Part shown: in pieces, positions 39,578 through 49,315 of the stretch
Position numbering within the stretch: the stretch's first letter is position 1
Layout of the letters: each line of letters begins with the position of its first letter
NCBI GenBank assembly: GCA_031409275.1
Contig: JANNXA010000051.1
Coordinates: 1-64,000, forward strand
From: Planctomycetota bacterium
Lineage (GTDB): Bacteria > Planctomycetota > B15-G4 > SIAN01
Direction: 5' to 3'
Length of the DNA: 64,000 nucleotides
Position numbers and translations under genes: made by a program
Notes under the pieces: generated by a model
Told to the model about the DNA's origin: nothing
Seen by the model: the letters and a program-made list of their open reading frames with translations, nothing else
The model's database searches: none

Positions 39578-42280
39578 ATGGAGCCGCCTGCCCCACCGAC
39601 GCCGCTGCGCGAGCTCGTCGCGCAGGTGATCGAGCGCTTCGAGGAGGAAGGCTTGAACGCGCTCGAGCAGGTGTGCGCGGCTCATCCCGAACTCGCCGCC
39701 AGCTTGCGCCAGCGCATCGAAACGCTCGATCGCCACGGATTGCTGCACGCCAAGTCGCGCACGCCGCGCGCCATCCCGAACCAGCTCGGCGACTTCGACC
39801 TGCTCGATCGGCTCGGCGCGGGCGGCATGGGCGTGGTCTACCTCGCGCGGCAGCGCTCGTTGCAGCGACTCGTCGCGCTCAAGCTGATCCGCCCCGAGCT
39901 GCTGCTGTTCGACGGACCGGGGTCGACGCGCGCCCGTTTCGACCGCGAAGTGGCGGCGATCGCCAAGCTGCGCCACCCCGGCATCGTTCCGATCTACTTC
40001 GTCGGCGAGGAGGGCGATCTCCCCTACTTCGCGATGGAGTGGATCGAGGGGGCGAGCCTCAGTGCGCTGCTCGAGAAGCTGCCCGCCCGCGATCCGCGTC
40101 GGCTCGACGGATCGGCGTGGGCGCCGGCACTGACCGCCGCCATGGCACGACCGAGCGAAGCGGTCGCTCGCGAAGCGGCGGCTCCGGTGCGCCTCGACGA
40201 GCTCGCGACGCTCTCGTGGATCGATGGCTGCGCCCGCCTGCTGCTCGCCGCCGCCGAGTCGGTCGCGCACGCCCATTCGCGCGGAGTGCTGCACCGCGAC
40301 TTGAAGCCGTCGAACCTCATGCTCGCGGCCGACGGGCGGCTCCTGCTGGTCGACTTCGGCCTCGCGTCGACGAGCGGCACGAGCCGCATCACGCGCGACG
40401 GCTCGGAACTCGGCTCGCTGCCCTACCTCTCGCCGGAGCAGATCTCCCACGGCATGGAGGCCGTCGGCGAGGCGAGCGACGTCTACGCGCTGGGCGTGAC
40501 CTTCTACGAGCTGCTGACGCTGCGCAAGGCGTTCTTCGAACGCGACGCGGGACTCACGCGCGCGCGCATCCTGGCCGGCGAATTCGCGCCGCCGCGCGCG
40601 CTCCATCCCGGCCTCCCAACCGACGTCGAGACGGTCTGCCTGACGGCGATGGAACGTGATCGGGAGCGCCGTTACCGCAGCGCGGAGGCGTTCGCCGCCG
40701 ACCTGCGCCACCTGCTCGCACGGCAGCCGATCGCCGCACGGCCGCCGGGAATCGCCCTGCGCTCGCGCCGCTTCGCGCAGCGCCATCCGGCGGCGACGGT
40801 GGGAGCGCTGCTCGGCGCCTGCATCGCGTTGGGCGCGCCCTCCCTGTGGGGCTTCCTCGAACATCGCCGCAGCCGCGACCTCGCCGAAGCCGGCGCTCGC
40901 CTCACGACGGAACTCGCGGCGACCAAAGCGGCCAACGCCCGCGCCCAGCGGGCGGCGCAGAACGCTCGCACCGCGGTGACCGAGTTCCTCGGCCGGGTCG
41001 GCGCCGATCTGCTGAAGCAGGTGCCGCGTTCCGAGCAGGTGCGCCGCGATCTGCTCGAGCGCGCCTCTTCGATCTACGAAGGACTCCTGGCCGATTCGCC
41101 GGACGAGCTGCCCCTGCGGCTCGAGGTGGCGCAGCACTTCCGGTTGCTCGCGATGCGCTGCCAGGAACAAGGCGACCTCGAGGCGAGCGAACGTGCCTAC
41201 GGTCGCGCCGAAGCGCTTCTCGACGAAGTGCAGGCCACGAGCAGCGACGACGCCGATTGGCAGCGCACGCTCGCGATGGTGGTCGGCGACCGCGGCTCGT
41301 CGCGGATGAGCGCCGCTCGCATCGACGCCGAGGTCGAGCGCGACCTCGCACGCGCCGCCGATCTGCTCGAGTCGTTGGCGCGTCGCTTTCCCCGCCGCGA
41401 TCCGCAGCTCGATGCCAATGCCGTCACCATGCTGCTCTTGAGTGGTGACCTTCAATCGCTGAACGACCGCTTTGTCGAGGCGCTCGTCGCCTACGACCGC
41501 GCGCTGGCGCTCGCCCACGAACTTGGCGTCGACACGCGCCGCGACGACGCCTCGCGCAAGCCCGTCTACAGCCTGCGCAGCCATCGCGCGGCGGCGCTGC
41601 GGAATCTCGGTCGGATCGGCGACGCGATCGTCGAATACGAAGCGCTTGCGGCGACGCTCGCCGAGGAACTCAGCGCGGCGCCACGCCATCGCGAGCTGCG
41701 CCAATTCCGCGGCGAGGCGCTGACCAACCTCGGCTCGCTGCTCGTCGACGAAGCGCGCCAGGAGGACGCGATCGACGTGCTGCGCGAAGCAGCCGAGCTC
41801 TTCGACGGACTCGCGGCCGATTTCCCGGCGACGCCGGTGCTCCGCTACGCGCTGCTGATCGCACTCGACTCGTTGGCGATGGCCGAGCAGGAAGTCGACG
41901 ATGAGCGGTGGGGCACGACCGTCATGCGCGGTCAGAAGCTCGCCGACGATCTCGCGCAGGCGGGCTACCGCGGGCCGAGCTTCCTCGAACTGCGCATCGA
42001 TGCGGCGCTGCGGACCGCGATCCGCCTCGATCGAGCCGACGAGCGCGCGGCTGCCACTCGCGCCTTGCAGGGCGCGCTCGAAGTCGCGCTGACCGAGCCG
42101 GAGGAGACCGGCCTGCAACGACGGCGCGCCGCGGCGCTGAACGTGTTCGCGGCGCTCGCGGAGCGCGCGACGGAGAGCGCGCAAGAGCGCCTCGCGGTGA
42201 AACAGGCCGCCGCGCAACTGCGCGCTGAGTTTCCTGACGACGAGGCGGTCCTGAATGCGACGGAGAAAGAACGCGCCTGA
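39578..42280 (+). CDS. Serine/threonine protein kinase with TM and TPR-like C-terminus
   Basis: LGAGGMGVVY, VALK, HRDLKPSN, DFGL, YLSPEQ, SDVYALG. Confidence 0.95.
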   Translation: MEPPAPPTPLRELVAQVIERFEEEGLNALEQVCAAHPELAASLRQRIETLDRHGLLHAKSRTPRAIPNQLGDFDLLDRLGAGGMGVVYLARQRSLQRLVALKLIRPELLLFDGPGSTRARFDREVAAIAKLRHPGIVPIYFVGEEGDLPYFAMEWIEGASLSALLEKLPARDPRRLDGSAWAPALTAAMARPSEAVAREAAAPVRLDELATLSWIDGCARLLLAAAESVAHAHSRGVLHRDLKPSNLMLAADGRLLLVDFGLASTSGTSRITRDGSELGSLPYLSPEQISHGMEAVGEASDVYALGVTFYELLTLRKAFFERDAGLTRARILAGEFAPPRALHPGLPTDVETVCLTAMERDRERRYRSAEAFAADLRHLLARQPIAARPPGIALRSRRFAQRHPAATVGALLGACIALGAPSLWGFLEHRRSRDLAEAGARLTTELAATKAANARAQRAAQNARTAVTEFLGRVGADLLKQVPRSEQVRRDLLERASSIYEGLLADSPDELPLRLEVAQHFRLLAMRCQEQGDLEASERAYGRAEALLDEVQATSSDDADWQRTLAMVVGDRGSSRMSAARIDAEVERDLARAADLLESLARRFPRRDPQLDANAVTMLLLSGDLQSLNDRFVEALVAYDRALALAHELGVDTRRDDASRKPVYSLRSHRAAALRNLGRIGDAIVEYEALAATLAEELSAAPRHRELRQFRGEALTNLGSLLVDEARQEDAIDVLREAAELFDGLAADFPATPVLRYALLIALDSLAMAEQEVDDERWGTTVMRGQKLADDLAQAGYRGPSFLELRIDAALRTAIRLDRADERAAATRALQGALEVALTEPEETGLQRRRAAALNVFAALAERATESAQERLAVKQAAAQLRAEFPDDEAVLNATEKERA

Positions 42281-42517
42281 CTCGATGTCGCGGTGGCGAT
42301 CGGGAATGGCGACGGCGTCGGCACGTTCGGCACGCCGGTCGGTGTCGAGGATGCGTCGATCGTCACCCACCAGGGTCGCACCCTGCTGATGACTCCTTTG
42401 CGGTCGAGCCCGCTCTTCGCGTCGGTGCTGCGCGCGAGCGCCGGTGGCGACCTCCCGAATGACCCGTCGCTCGCGGACGGTCACCACCGCTCGCGAGCGA
42501 CGTCTTCCTGGCGATGA
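42281..42517 (+). pseudogene. Possible FG-GAP/VCBS repeat remnant
   Basis: LDVAVAIGNGDGVGTFGTPV resembles one FG-GAP blade; the rest is degenerate. Confidence 0.3.
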
Positions 42518-43596
42518 ACTCGCCCGCGCCTGACCCTCCACCCGACGCTGTACCGCGGACGCCGCTGCCGCCGCCGCTGCACGCCGCGCTGCTGATCGCG
42601 CTGGCGCTCCCGAACGAACGGGAGCTCGGTCTGCTGCGCGCGCAACAGCTCGCTCAACCGGGCGCGCCTCCGTCACGTGCGGACGGAGTGAGCGCTCGCT
42701 TGCTCGGAAGGCTGGCGCAGCTCGCCGCGGCCGGAGCCGCCATCGCGGAAGCGCAACGCGCGCGCTCTCTCGGACTCGCCCTCATCGATTGGAACGACCC
42801 GCTCTATCCACGCGGGCTGCTCGATCTGGCGGGCCCACCGCCGCTGCTCTACGTGCGTGGCGCCGGCACGCTGCCGACGGAGCGCACCATCGCGATCGTC
42901 GGCGCGCGCGCCTCCACCGCGCGCGGTCGCGCCTTCGCCCACGCGCTGGGCCAGGGGGTCGCCGAGCGCGGCGGCACCGTCGTCTCTGGACTCGCCATCG
43001 GCATCGACCAGGCTGCGCACGAAGGCGCGCTGGCCGCCGAGGGGTGCTGCTGCGCGGTGCTCGCCTGCGGCCTCGACCAGATCTATCCGCCCGGAGCGCG
43101 TCCGCTGGCGGAGCGCATCGCCGCCACCGGCACCATCTTGAGCGAGATGCCCATCGGCGAGCCGCCCTACAAGAATCACTTCCCGCGCCGGAACCGCCTG
43201 CTCGCCGCCCTCGCGCGCGCGACACTCGTGGTCGAAGCGGACCTGCACAGCGGGTCGTTGGTCACCGCGCATCGCGCACTCGATCTGGGTCGAAGCGTAC
43301 ACGCCGTGCCCGGCGCCATCGACGCGACGGTGAGCCGAGGCACCAACCGCTTGATCCGAGACGGTGCCCACCCGCTGCTCGAGATCGACGACCTCGACCT
43401 GCTGCTGCCCGGCGGCGCCCGGCGCGTACCCGAAGGCGAGACGCTGCTGCGCGAGCTCGCTTCGCCGTGCGCCGCCGAGGAGCTGGCGCACCGCTGCGGA
43501 CGGCCGGTCGATCGGGTGCTGCTGGCGCTGGTCGAACTCGAAGCGGCCGGTCGCATCGAACGACTCGGCGGCGGGCTCTATGTGCGCAGCCGCTGA
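42514..43596 (+). CDS. dprA: DNA-processing protein DprA
   Basis: YPRGL..PPPLLYVRG, AIVGAR, VSGLAIGID, FPRRNR, SGSLVTA, GTNRLI, C-terminal winged helix. Confidence 0.95.
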   Translation: MNSPAPDPPPDAVPRTPLPPPLHAALLIALALPNERELGLLRAQQLAQPGAPPSRADGVSARLLGRLAQLAAAGAAIAEAQRARSLGLALIDWNDPLYPRGLLDLAGPPPLLYVRGAGTLPTERTIAIVGARASTARGRAFAHALGQGVAERGGTVVSGLAIGIDQAAHEGALAAEGCCCAVLACGLDQIYPPGARPLAERIAATGTILSEMPIGEPPYKNHFPRRNRLLAALARATLVVEADLHSGSLVTAHRALDLGRSVHAVPGAIDATVSRGTNRLIRDGAHPLLEIDDLDLLLPGGARRVPEGETLLRELASPCAAEELAHRCGRPVDRVLLALVELEAAGRIERLGGGLYVRSR

Positions 43597-43618
43597 TCGA
43601 GCGCGCGGCCGATTCGGG

Positions 43619-43822
43619 CTAGAGCCACGCAGCGAGCAGGTAGCCGCCCACGCCGAACAATGCGATCGAGATCGACGCGAAGAGGAGACCGCGGCGCACG
43701 CCGACGCGAATGATCTCGCCGACGTCGTCGCGACGCAGCCCGTTGTAGACCACCGACACCAGCAGCACGAGGAGGACGAACCAGCCGAGGTGCTCGAGGA
43801 GCTCGCCGTAGCGGATGTTCAC
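43619..43822 (-). CDS. Small two-TM membrane protein
   Basis: Two hydrophobic segments; GTGA overlap with the upstream gene. Confidence 0.65.
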   Translation of the reverse strand: MNIRYGELLEHLGWFVLLVLLVSVVYNGLRRDDVGEIIRVGVRRGLLFASISIALFGVGGYLLAAWL

Positions 43823-44259
43823 GCCGATCGCTCCGCCGCGGCCAAAGCGCCAGCGCTGGTCACGCCGTCATTGGCCGAGAGTTCCTTCGGTCGCGGGTAG
43901 GCCGTCTCGTAGACGTCGACCATCACGCAGAGGTTCATCAGCCCGGCAACCGTCGCGAAGAGCCGCCCCACCTCGAGGCGCGGATGCTCGGCGACCAGTT
44001 GCAGGCCGTGGGTCAGCCACAGCGTGGGGAACGTGAGCCCGGCGTAGAGCCCTTCCCCGAGCAGATAGAGGAAGAAGTCGTCGTCGGAACGCACCGCGCG
44101 GAACTCGGCCAGCACCAGGCCGATGACGAACATCGCCGTCAGCACGATGGCGTAGAGCAGCGCCTTCTTCCGTCGACCGAGCAGCCAATGGCCGGCGCCT
44201 GGGATGATCCACGTGGCGACGATGCAGATGAAGACGGTGGCCGGACTGTACCGGCGCAT
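43819..44259 (-). CDS. DUF6677-like membrane protein
   Basis: WIIPGAGHWLLG...VAGLMNL motif. Confidence 0.75.
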   Translation of the reverse strand: MRRYSPATVFICIVATWIIPGAGHWLLGRRKKALLYAIVLTAMFVIGLVLAEFRAVRSDDDFFLYLLGEGLYAGLTFPTLWLTHGLQLVAEHPRLEVGRLFATVAGLMNLCVMVDVYETAYPRPKELSANDGVTSAGALAAAERSA

Positions 44260-44341
44260 CGGCGGGGCTTCTTCGCTCGGTGTGGGCAAGGCTCGCTCGC
44301 AGCTCTTCTTTGGAAGGGCGCCTCTATACATCATCACGCCC

Positions 44342-44803
44342 ATGAACCCAGCGACCGCCACCGTCCACCGCACCCGCACCGCCGTCCGCTACCACGAAAC
44401 GGACCAGATGGGCGTCGTCCACCACTCGAACTACATCCGTTGGTTCGAGCTCGGCCGCACCGAGATGATGAAGGCGCACGGCTTCGACTACGCCGCGCTC
44501 GAACGCGAGGGCTGTCTGCTGGCCGTGGTCGACGTCGGCCTGCGCTACCTCGCTCCCGCCCGCTTCGGCGAGGAGGTCGTGATCGACAGCTGGATCGCGG
44601 AGGTGGAACGCGTGCGCGTGCGCTTCGAATACGTGGTGCGCCGCGCCGATGGCGCCGAGGCGCCGCTTTGTCGCGGCCACACGCTGCTGGCCAGCGTCGA
44701 TCGCACCCTGGTGCCGCGCCGGATCCCCGAAGCCGTTCGCGCGCGCATGGTCGCCCTGCATGGAAGCGGGCCGGACGCCAAAGCGAACGCCCGCCCCACC
44801 TGA
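44342..44803 (+). CDS. YbgC/4HBT-family acyl-CoA thioesterase
   Basis: VRYHETDQMGVVHHSNYIRWFELGR. Confidence 0.92.
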   Translation: MNPATATVHRTRTAVRYHETDQMGVVHHSNYIRWFELGRTEMMKAHGFDYAALEREGCLLAVVDVGLRYLAPARFGEEVVIDSWIAEVERVRVRFEYVVRRADGAEAPLCRGHTLLASVDRTLVPRRIPEAVRARMVALHGSGPDAKANARPT

Positions 44804-44851
44804 CGCCTCCGTTGCCGTCGACGCTCGGGGCGACGCTGACGTGCGCTCGCG

Positions 44852-45895
44852 TCAGCGGCGCGCGGTGCGCGCGGACTCGAGGAGTCGCTGCGCCCGCGCG
44901 AGCGCGATGCGATGCGGCCCGACCTGGGTGTTGATCGACTCGACGAGAACGTCGCGCAGTCGCCGACCGATGCCGGAAAGCTCCTTCGGCGGCTCGAAAC
45001 CGTGGAGCGCCGGACCGCAACCGCGAATGACCGCCCCCGCGTTCACCAGCAGGTCGGGGGCGTAGAGGATGCCGCGCGCGGCGAGCCGATCGCCCGCGGC
45101 GAGCGTCGCGAGCTGATCGTTGGCGGCGCCGCAGACGATCCGACAGCGCAGCCGCTCGACACTCGCGTCGTCGAGGATGCCGCCGCCTGCGCACGGCGCG
45201 AACAGGTCGCATTCGGTGTCGAGGATCCGATCGGGTTCGACGAGCTGTAGAGGCAGCGTGTCCGCGGCACGCCCGGCGCGCTCCGCGTCGTAGTCGGTGG
45301 CGACGACGCGAGCACCGGCGCGCCGCGCCCGCATCGCGAGCTTCATCCCGATGGCGCCGAGCCCCTGGATGGCGATCGTCAAGCCGCTCCATTCCGCGAC
45401 ACCGAGCACGTCGAGCGCGGTGCCCGCCGCGAGGAAGACGCCCTCGGCCGTCGCCTCGGCAAGGTCGACCTCGACCCCATGTTCGGGAGTGGCGACAAAG
45501 CGAGTGGTGGTGGCCATCGCGGCGAGATCGCGGGCGTTGGTGCCGAGATCACCGGCCGTGCAGAAGCGCCCCCCCATCCGTTCGATCTGCCGGCCAAGCG
45601 CCGCATAGGCGGCGCGGCGATCGAGACCGCCGTGGTCGAGGATGACCGCCTTGCCACCGCCCGCCGGCAGTTCCGCGAGCAGCACCTTCCTCGTCATCCC
45701 TTCGGCGAGGCGGCAGGCATCGGCGAGCGCCGCCGCCTCGTCGGCGTAGCGCTGGCAGCGGACCCCGCCAAGCGCCGGCCCCGCCGAGGTGTCGTGGAGG
45801 ACGACGATCGCTCGCAGCCCGCTGGCGCGATCGGAGAAGTAGTGCACCTCCTCGAATGCGCCGGACAGATGATGGTGGGCGGGCGCGGCGGACAC
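44852..45895 (-). CDS. Glu/Leu/Phe/Val dehydrogenase (leucine dehydrogenase-like)
   Basis: GPALGGVR, GMTRK, GGGKAV, IQGLGAIG, GAAN; GTG start after GGAGG. Confidence 0.9.
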   Translation of the reverse strand: MSAAPAHHHLSGAFEEVHYFSDRASGLRAIVVLHDTSAGPALGGVRCQRYADEAAALADACRLAEGMTRKVLLAELPAGGGKAVILDHGGLDRRAAYAALGRQIERMGGRFCTAGDLGTNARDLAAMATTTRFVATPEHGVEVDLAEATAEGVFLAAGTALDVLGVAEWSGLTIAIQGLGAIGMKLAMRARRAGARVVATDYDAERAGRAADTLPLQLVEPDRILDTECDLFAPCAGGGILDDASVERLRCRIVCGAANDQLATLAAGDRLAARGILYAPDLLVNAGAVIRGCGPALHGFEPPKELSGIGRRLRDVLVESINTQVGPHRIALARAQRLLESARTARR

Positions 45896-46065
45896 GGCAA
45901 TCACCTCCGTGGCAGCGGGTCGGAATCGCGGACGAAGGATAGCGGTCGCTGCGCGCGGCGGCAGCGGCCGGTACGCTCGGGCGCAGCGACCCACGACTGC
46001 CGCGGGAAGAGTGGCGCCCGGTCGCGGTCTGAGCGGAACCACGCATTCCTTCGCGGAGCTCGTCG

Positions 46066-47055
46066 ATGATCCGTCTGTCGCGGTCGTTCGCCCTCGTGTT
46101 GCCGCTCGCGCTCTTCGCCTGCAAGAGCGCCGACCCGAAGATCGAACCGCTGCAGCCCCGCGAGATGGAAGCGCTCGAAGCGTTGCGTCGGTACGACCCG
46201 AAGACGGGACAGGTGAAGGACAAGGGAACGCTCTTCGTTTCGCTCGACCAGAACCTGCGCAAGTGGCGCGAACTCGGGACGAGGACCGAGATCGCCGACA
46301 TCGACCAGCGCACCAGCCTCGAAGTCGTGCTGACGCGGCAGGTCTACTACAACTTCGACACGATCCTCGGCGAGCTCGAACACGGCACCGACCCCGAGCA
46401 TCGAGTCACAGCGGCCGCCGCCGTCGGATTCAGCCGCATCCCCGCTCCCGATCAGCCTGGCGGCGACCCGGCCTTCCCCCTGATCCATCCGCGCGCGGTC
46501 GCGCCGTTGATCACCGTCATCGAATCGGGGCAGGACGAGCTCGTGATCAACGCGCTCCTCTCGCTCGGGCGCATCGCGGCGCCGGAGACACCGCGCGACC
46601 TGCTGATCGAGCTGATGGTCAAGCACCACAACGCCGACGTGCGCGCGAATGCGGCGCTGGCGCTCGCGCAGGTCGCGACGCCGGCCGACGCTCCGCTGCT
46701 GATGGCGCCGCTCTTCTCGTCGCTTGGCGATCCCAATCCGATGGTCCGCCTCCACGCCGTGAAGGCGCTCGGCAAGATCGGCGACCGGACAGCGCACGGT
46801 CCGTTGATCGACCGCCTGCGCCGCGATGACACGCCGCTCGTGCAGGCGTGCGCCGCGCTCGAGCTCGGCAAGATCGGCGATTGGGGCACCGTCAACTACC
46901 TGATCGACGGCCTCGAATCGTCTGCTCCGCTGGTCGCGTTCCAATGCCATCAGGCGCTGGTGCGAATCACGAAGCGCACCGATCTGAAGGGCTACCGCGC
47001 GTGGCGCGAGTGGTGGATGGAAGCGGCGCAGAACAACGACCGGCCGCACACCTGA
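46066..47055 (+). CDS. HEAT-repeat lipoprotein
   Basis: Lipobox LFAC, HEAT repeats (VRANAALALA, VRLHAVKALG), C-terminal WREWW. Confidence 0.85.
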   Translation: MIRLSRSFALVLPLALFACKSADPKIEPLQPREMEALEALRRYDPKTGQVKDKGTLFVSLDQNLRKWRELGTRTEIADIDQRTSLEVVLTRQVYYNFDTILGELEHGTDPEHRVTAAAAVGFSRIPAPDQPGGDPAFPLIHPRAVAPLITVIESGQDELVINALLSLGRIAAPETPRDLLIELMVKHHNADVRANAALALAQVATPADAPLLMAPLFSSLGDPNPMVRLHAVKALGKIGDRTAHGPLIDRLRRDDTPLVQACAALELGKIGDWGTVNYLIDGLESSAPLVAFQCHQALVRITKRTDLKGYRAWREWWMEAAQNNDRPHT

Positions 47056-47086
47056 CGCGCGCCGCGAAGGCGTGGCCGGGTCGTGA

Positions 47087-47959
47087 CTAGCGGCCGCGCC
47101 CGAACACGCGCCAGCCGAGCCGATGCCAGAAGATCGACCTCGCGCGGCATGCCGCGACGGCCCGCCACAACGCGTGGCGACGCCACACGGTCGGCGGCGC
47201 CTCGCGGCGAGCGGCGATCGCGTAGGCGCGGACGAAACCCGCGAGTTCGCGCGCCTTTAGCGACCTCCCGAGCAGGCCGAGCTTCTCGACGGAACGCAGC
47301 AGTCGAGCGAGGTTGCCGACGGCCGCCTTGAACGCCACCCCTTCGCTCGCGCAGCGCGACTTGTCGAAATCGAGCAGCCATGCGCGCGGCGGAGAGCGTT
47401 CGAGCAGGACGTTCTTCGCGTTCAGATCGGCGTGAACGCAGCCGGCGGCGTGGAGCGCCCGCACCACGCCCGCCGCGGCCGCCACCAGCGCGCAGCGCTC
47501 GACCGCCGTCGCAACGGTCGGCAACAAGGTCGCAGCGTCGCGCGCGTCGCGCAGCTCGAACGTCGCAAAATCGAGGATGACTCCGCCGTCGACGCGACGT
47601 GCGCGCGCGAAAGCGAACGGGGCGACCGAAACGCGTGCCGCCTCCAGCTGAAGCTGCGCCGCCAGCAACGCTTCGAGACGAGTCGAGTCGCTGAACCGCG
47701 CGCCGCGAAAGCGACCCGCAAGGCCGCCGCGGCGCAGCTCTTTCGCCACGACGAAGCGGCCGTCGAGGATCAGGCGCGAGGGCGCACCGCGGCCGCGAAA
47801 CGCGGTCGCCTGAGCGCCCGCCAGCCGATCGAGCGGGAGTTCTTCCAGCAATCCGGCCGCAAGCGCCGCCGGCAGCAGCGAGGGAAGAGCCCACAAGGTG
47901 ACCCTGCCATCGGCCGACTTGCGTCGCTCCAATCCGTGCTTGTCGATCCCCTCGTTCAT
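47087..47959 (-). CDS. Lipopolysaccharide kinase (Kdo kinase / KdkA-like)
   Basis: RGRG, RRGG, HADLNAKNVL, LLDFDK, NLARLLRS. Confidence 0.8.
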   Translation of the reverse strand: MNEGIDKHGLERRKSADGRVTLWALPSLLPAALAAGLLEELPLDRLAGAQATAFRGRGAPSRLILDGRFVVAKELRRGGLAGRFRGARFSDSTRLEALLAAQLQLEAARVSVAPFAFARARRVDGGVILDFATFELRDARDAATLLPTVATAVERCALVAAAAGVVRALHAAGCVHADLNAKNVLLERSPPRAWLLDFDKSRCASEGVAFKAAVGNLARLLRSVEKLGLLGRSLKARELAGFVRAYAIAARREAPPTVWRRHALWRAVAACRARSIFWHRLGWRVFGRGR

Positions 47960-47976
47960 CGGGTATCCCGCGCACC

Positions 47977-49053
47977 ATGATGGCCGACGGCAAACTCCTC
48001 GTCATCCGGCTGAGCGCGCTCGGCGACGTTCTTTTCACGCTGCCGGCCGTCCATGCCCTGCTCACGGCGCGACCGCAGCTGGCCATCGATTGGGTCATCG
48101 AGGAGCGCGCCGCGTCGCTGCTCGACCTCTATCCAGGAATCCGCCAGCGCCTCATCTGGCGGCGCTCCGCCATGGTGCGAGAGGCGAAGAACCCGCTGCG
48201 TTGGCCGGCCGCCGCCGCTGCCCTGGTGCGCCACGCCTCGGCGCTGCGACGCGAACGGTACGACGCCGTCCTCGACTTCCAGGGCAACCTGAAGAGCGGC
48301 GCGCACGCGCTGCTTGCCCGCGGCGCGCGCAAGCTCGGCTTCGACCGCTCGCACAGCAAGGAGGCCAGCTGGTTGGCGAGCCGCGAACGCGTCGCGCCGC
48401 CACCGGGACCGCTCCACCGCATCGACCTCGCGCTGGCGCTCGCGCGCGCCTTCGCGCCGGAGCTGCCGCTGCTCGCGCCCGCGCCGCCGCTGCTGGTGCC
48501 GGCGGCCGCCAGCGCGTTCGCCGAGCAGGAGCTCGACGCGCTCGGGCTGGCGAAGCGCCCCTTCGCGATCCTCCACCCTGGCACGTCGGCCTTCGGCGCG
48601 TTCAAGCGCTGGCGGCCCGACCGCTTCGCCAACGTGGCCGACCTGTTGGCCAAGCGACTCGACCTGCCGACGCTCGTCACCTACGGCCCCGGCGAAGAGA
48701 CGCTTGCGGCGAAGGTCGTCGCGAACAGCAAGCACGGCGCGACCCGCATGGGGCCGCGCACCCGTTCGCTGCCGGAGCTGGCGGCACTGCTGCAGCGTGC
48801 GAGCGTCGTCGTCGCAAGCGATTCGGCGGCGCTGCACCTCGCCGCGTTCCTCGGCACCCCCGTGGTGGCGCTGTTCGGGCCGAAGGACCCGCGCCTCTAC
48901 GGACCGCGCTTCGCACCGCTCGAAGTGGTGCACACGTGGCTCCCGTGCAGCCCGTGCACGCGCCGCACCTGCCCCGATGTACTGTGCATGGAGGAGATCA
49001 CCGTGCAACAGGTCTTCGAGGCGGCGCAGCGCCTCGTGCAACGCGCGGCGTAG
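47977..49053 (+). CDS. GT9 lipopolysaccharide heptosyltransferase
   Basis: IRLSALGDV, DFQGNLKS, DSAALHLA, LFGP, CSPC..RTC motifs. Confidence 0.92.
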   Translation: MMADGKLLVIRLSALGDVLFTLPAVHALLTARPQLAIDWVIEERAASLLDLYPGIRQRLIWRRSAMVREAKNPLRWPAAAAALVRHASALRRERYDAVLDFQGNLKSGAHALLARGARKLGFDRSHSKEASWLASRERVAPPPGPLHRIDLALALARAFAPELPLLAPAPPLLVPAAASAFAEQELDALGLAKRPFAILHPGTSAFGAFKRWRPDRFANVADLLAKRLDLPTLVTYGPGEETLAAKVVANSKHGATRMGPRTRSLPELAALLQRASVVVASDSAALHLAAFLGTPVVALFGPKDPRLYGPRFAPLEVVHTWLPCSPCTRRTCPDVLCMEEITVQQVFEAAQRLVQRAA

Positions 49054-49072
49054 CTCTCGAAGGGGTGACCCC

Positions 49073-49315
49073 ATGCGCAAGAGCTTCTTCCCGAAGGGCG
49101 TGGGCCGCTTCCCGACGGCGAGCGTCGGCCGCGGCCCTCTGGCGACGAACACGCCGGACACTCCACCGAGCTTCCGCGGTCGCCTGTTGCGGCAACGAAC
49201 GCCGCCGGCCGAGCGCCCTCTGCTGAGGGCGGTGATCTGGGTGTTGCTGCTGCTCGGCGCGTTCGCGCTGGTGACGGCGTTCAAGTTCTTCGCGAGTCGC
49301 GTCACGGCTGAGTGA
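49073..49315 (+). CDS. Small protein with C-terminal TM helix
   Basis: ATG after AGGGG; 80 aa with a basic N-terminus and one hydrophobic helix. Confidence 0.5.
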   Translation: MRKSFFPKGVGRFPTASVGRGPLATNTPDTPPSFRGRLLRQRTPPAERPLLRAVIWVLLLLGAFALVTAFKFFASRVTAE

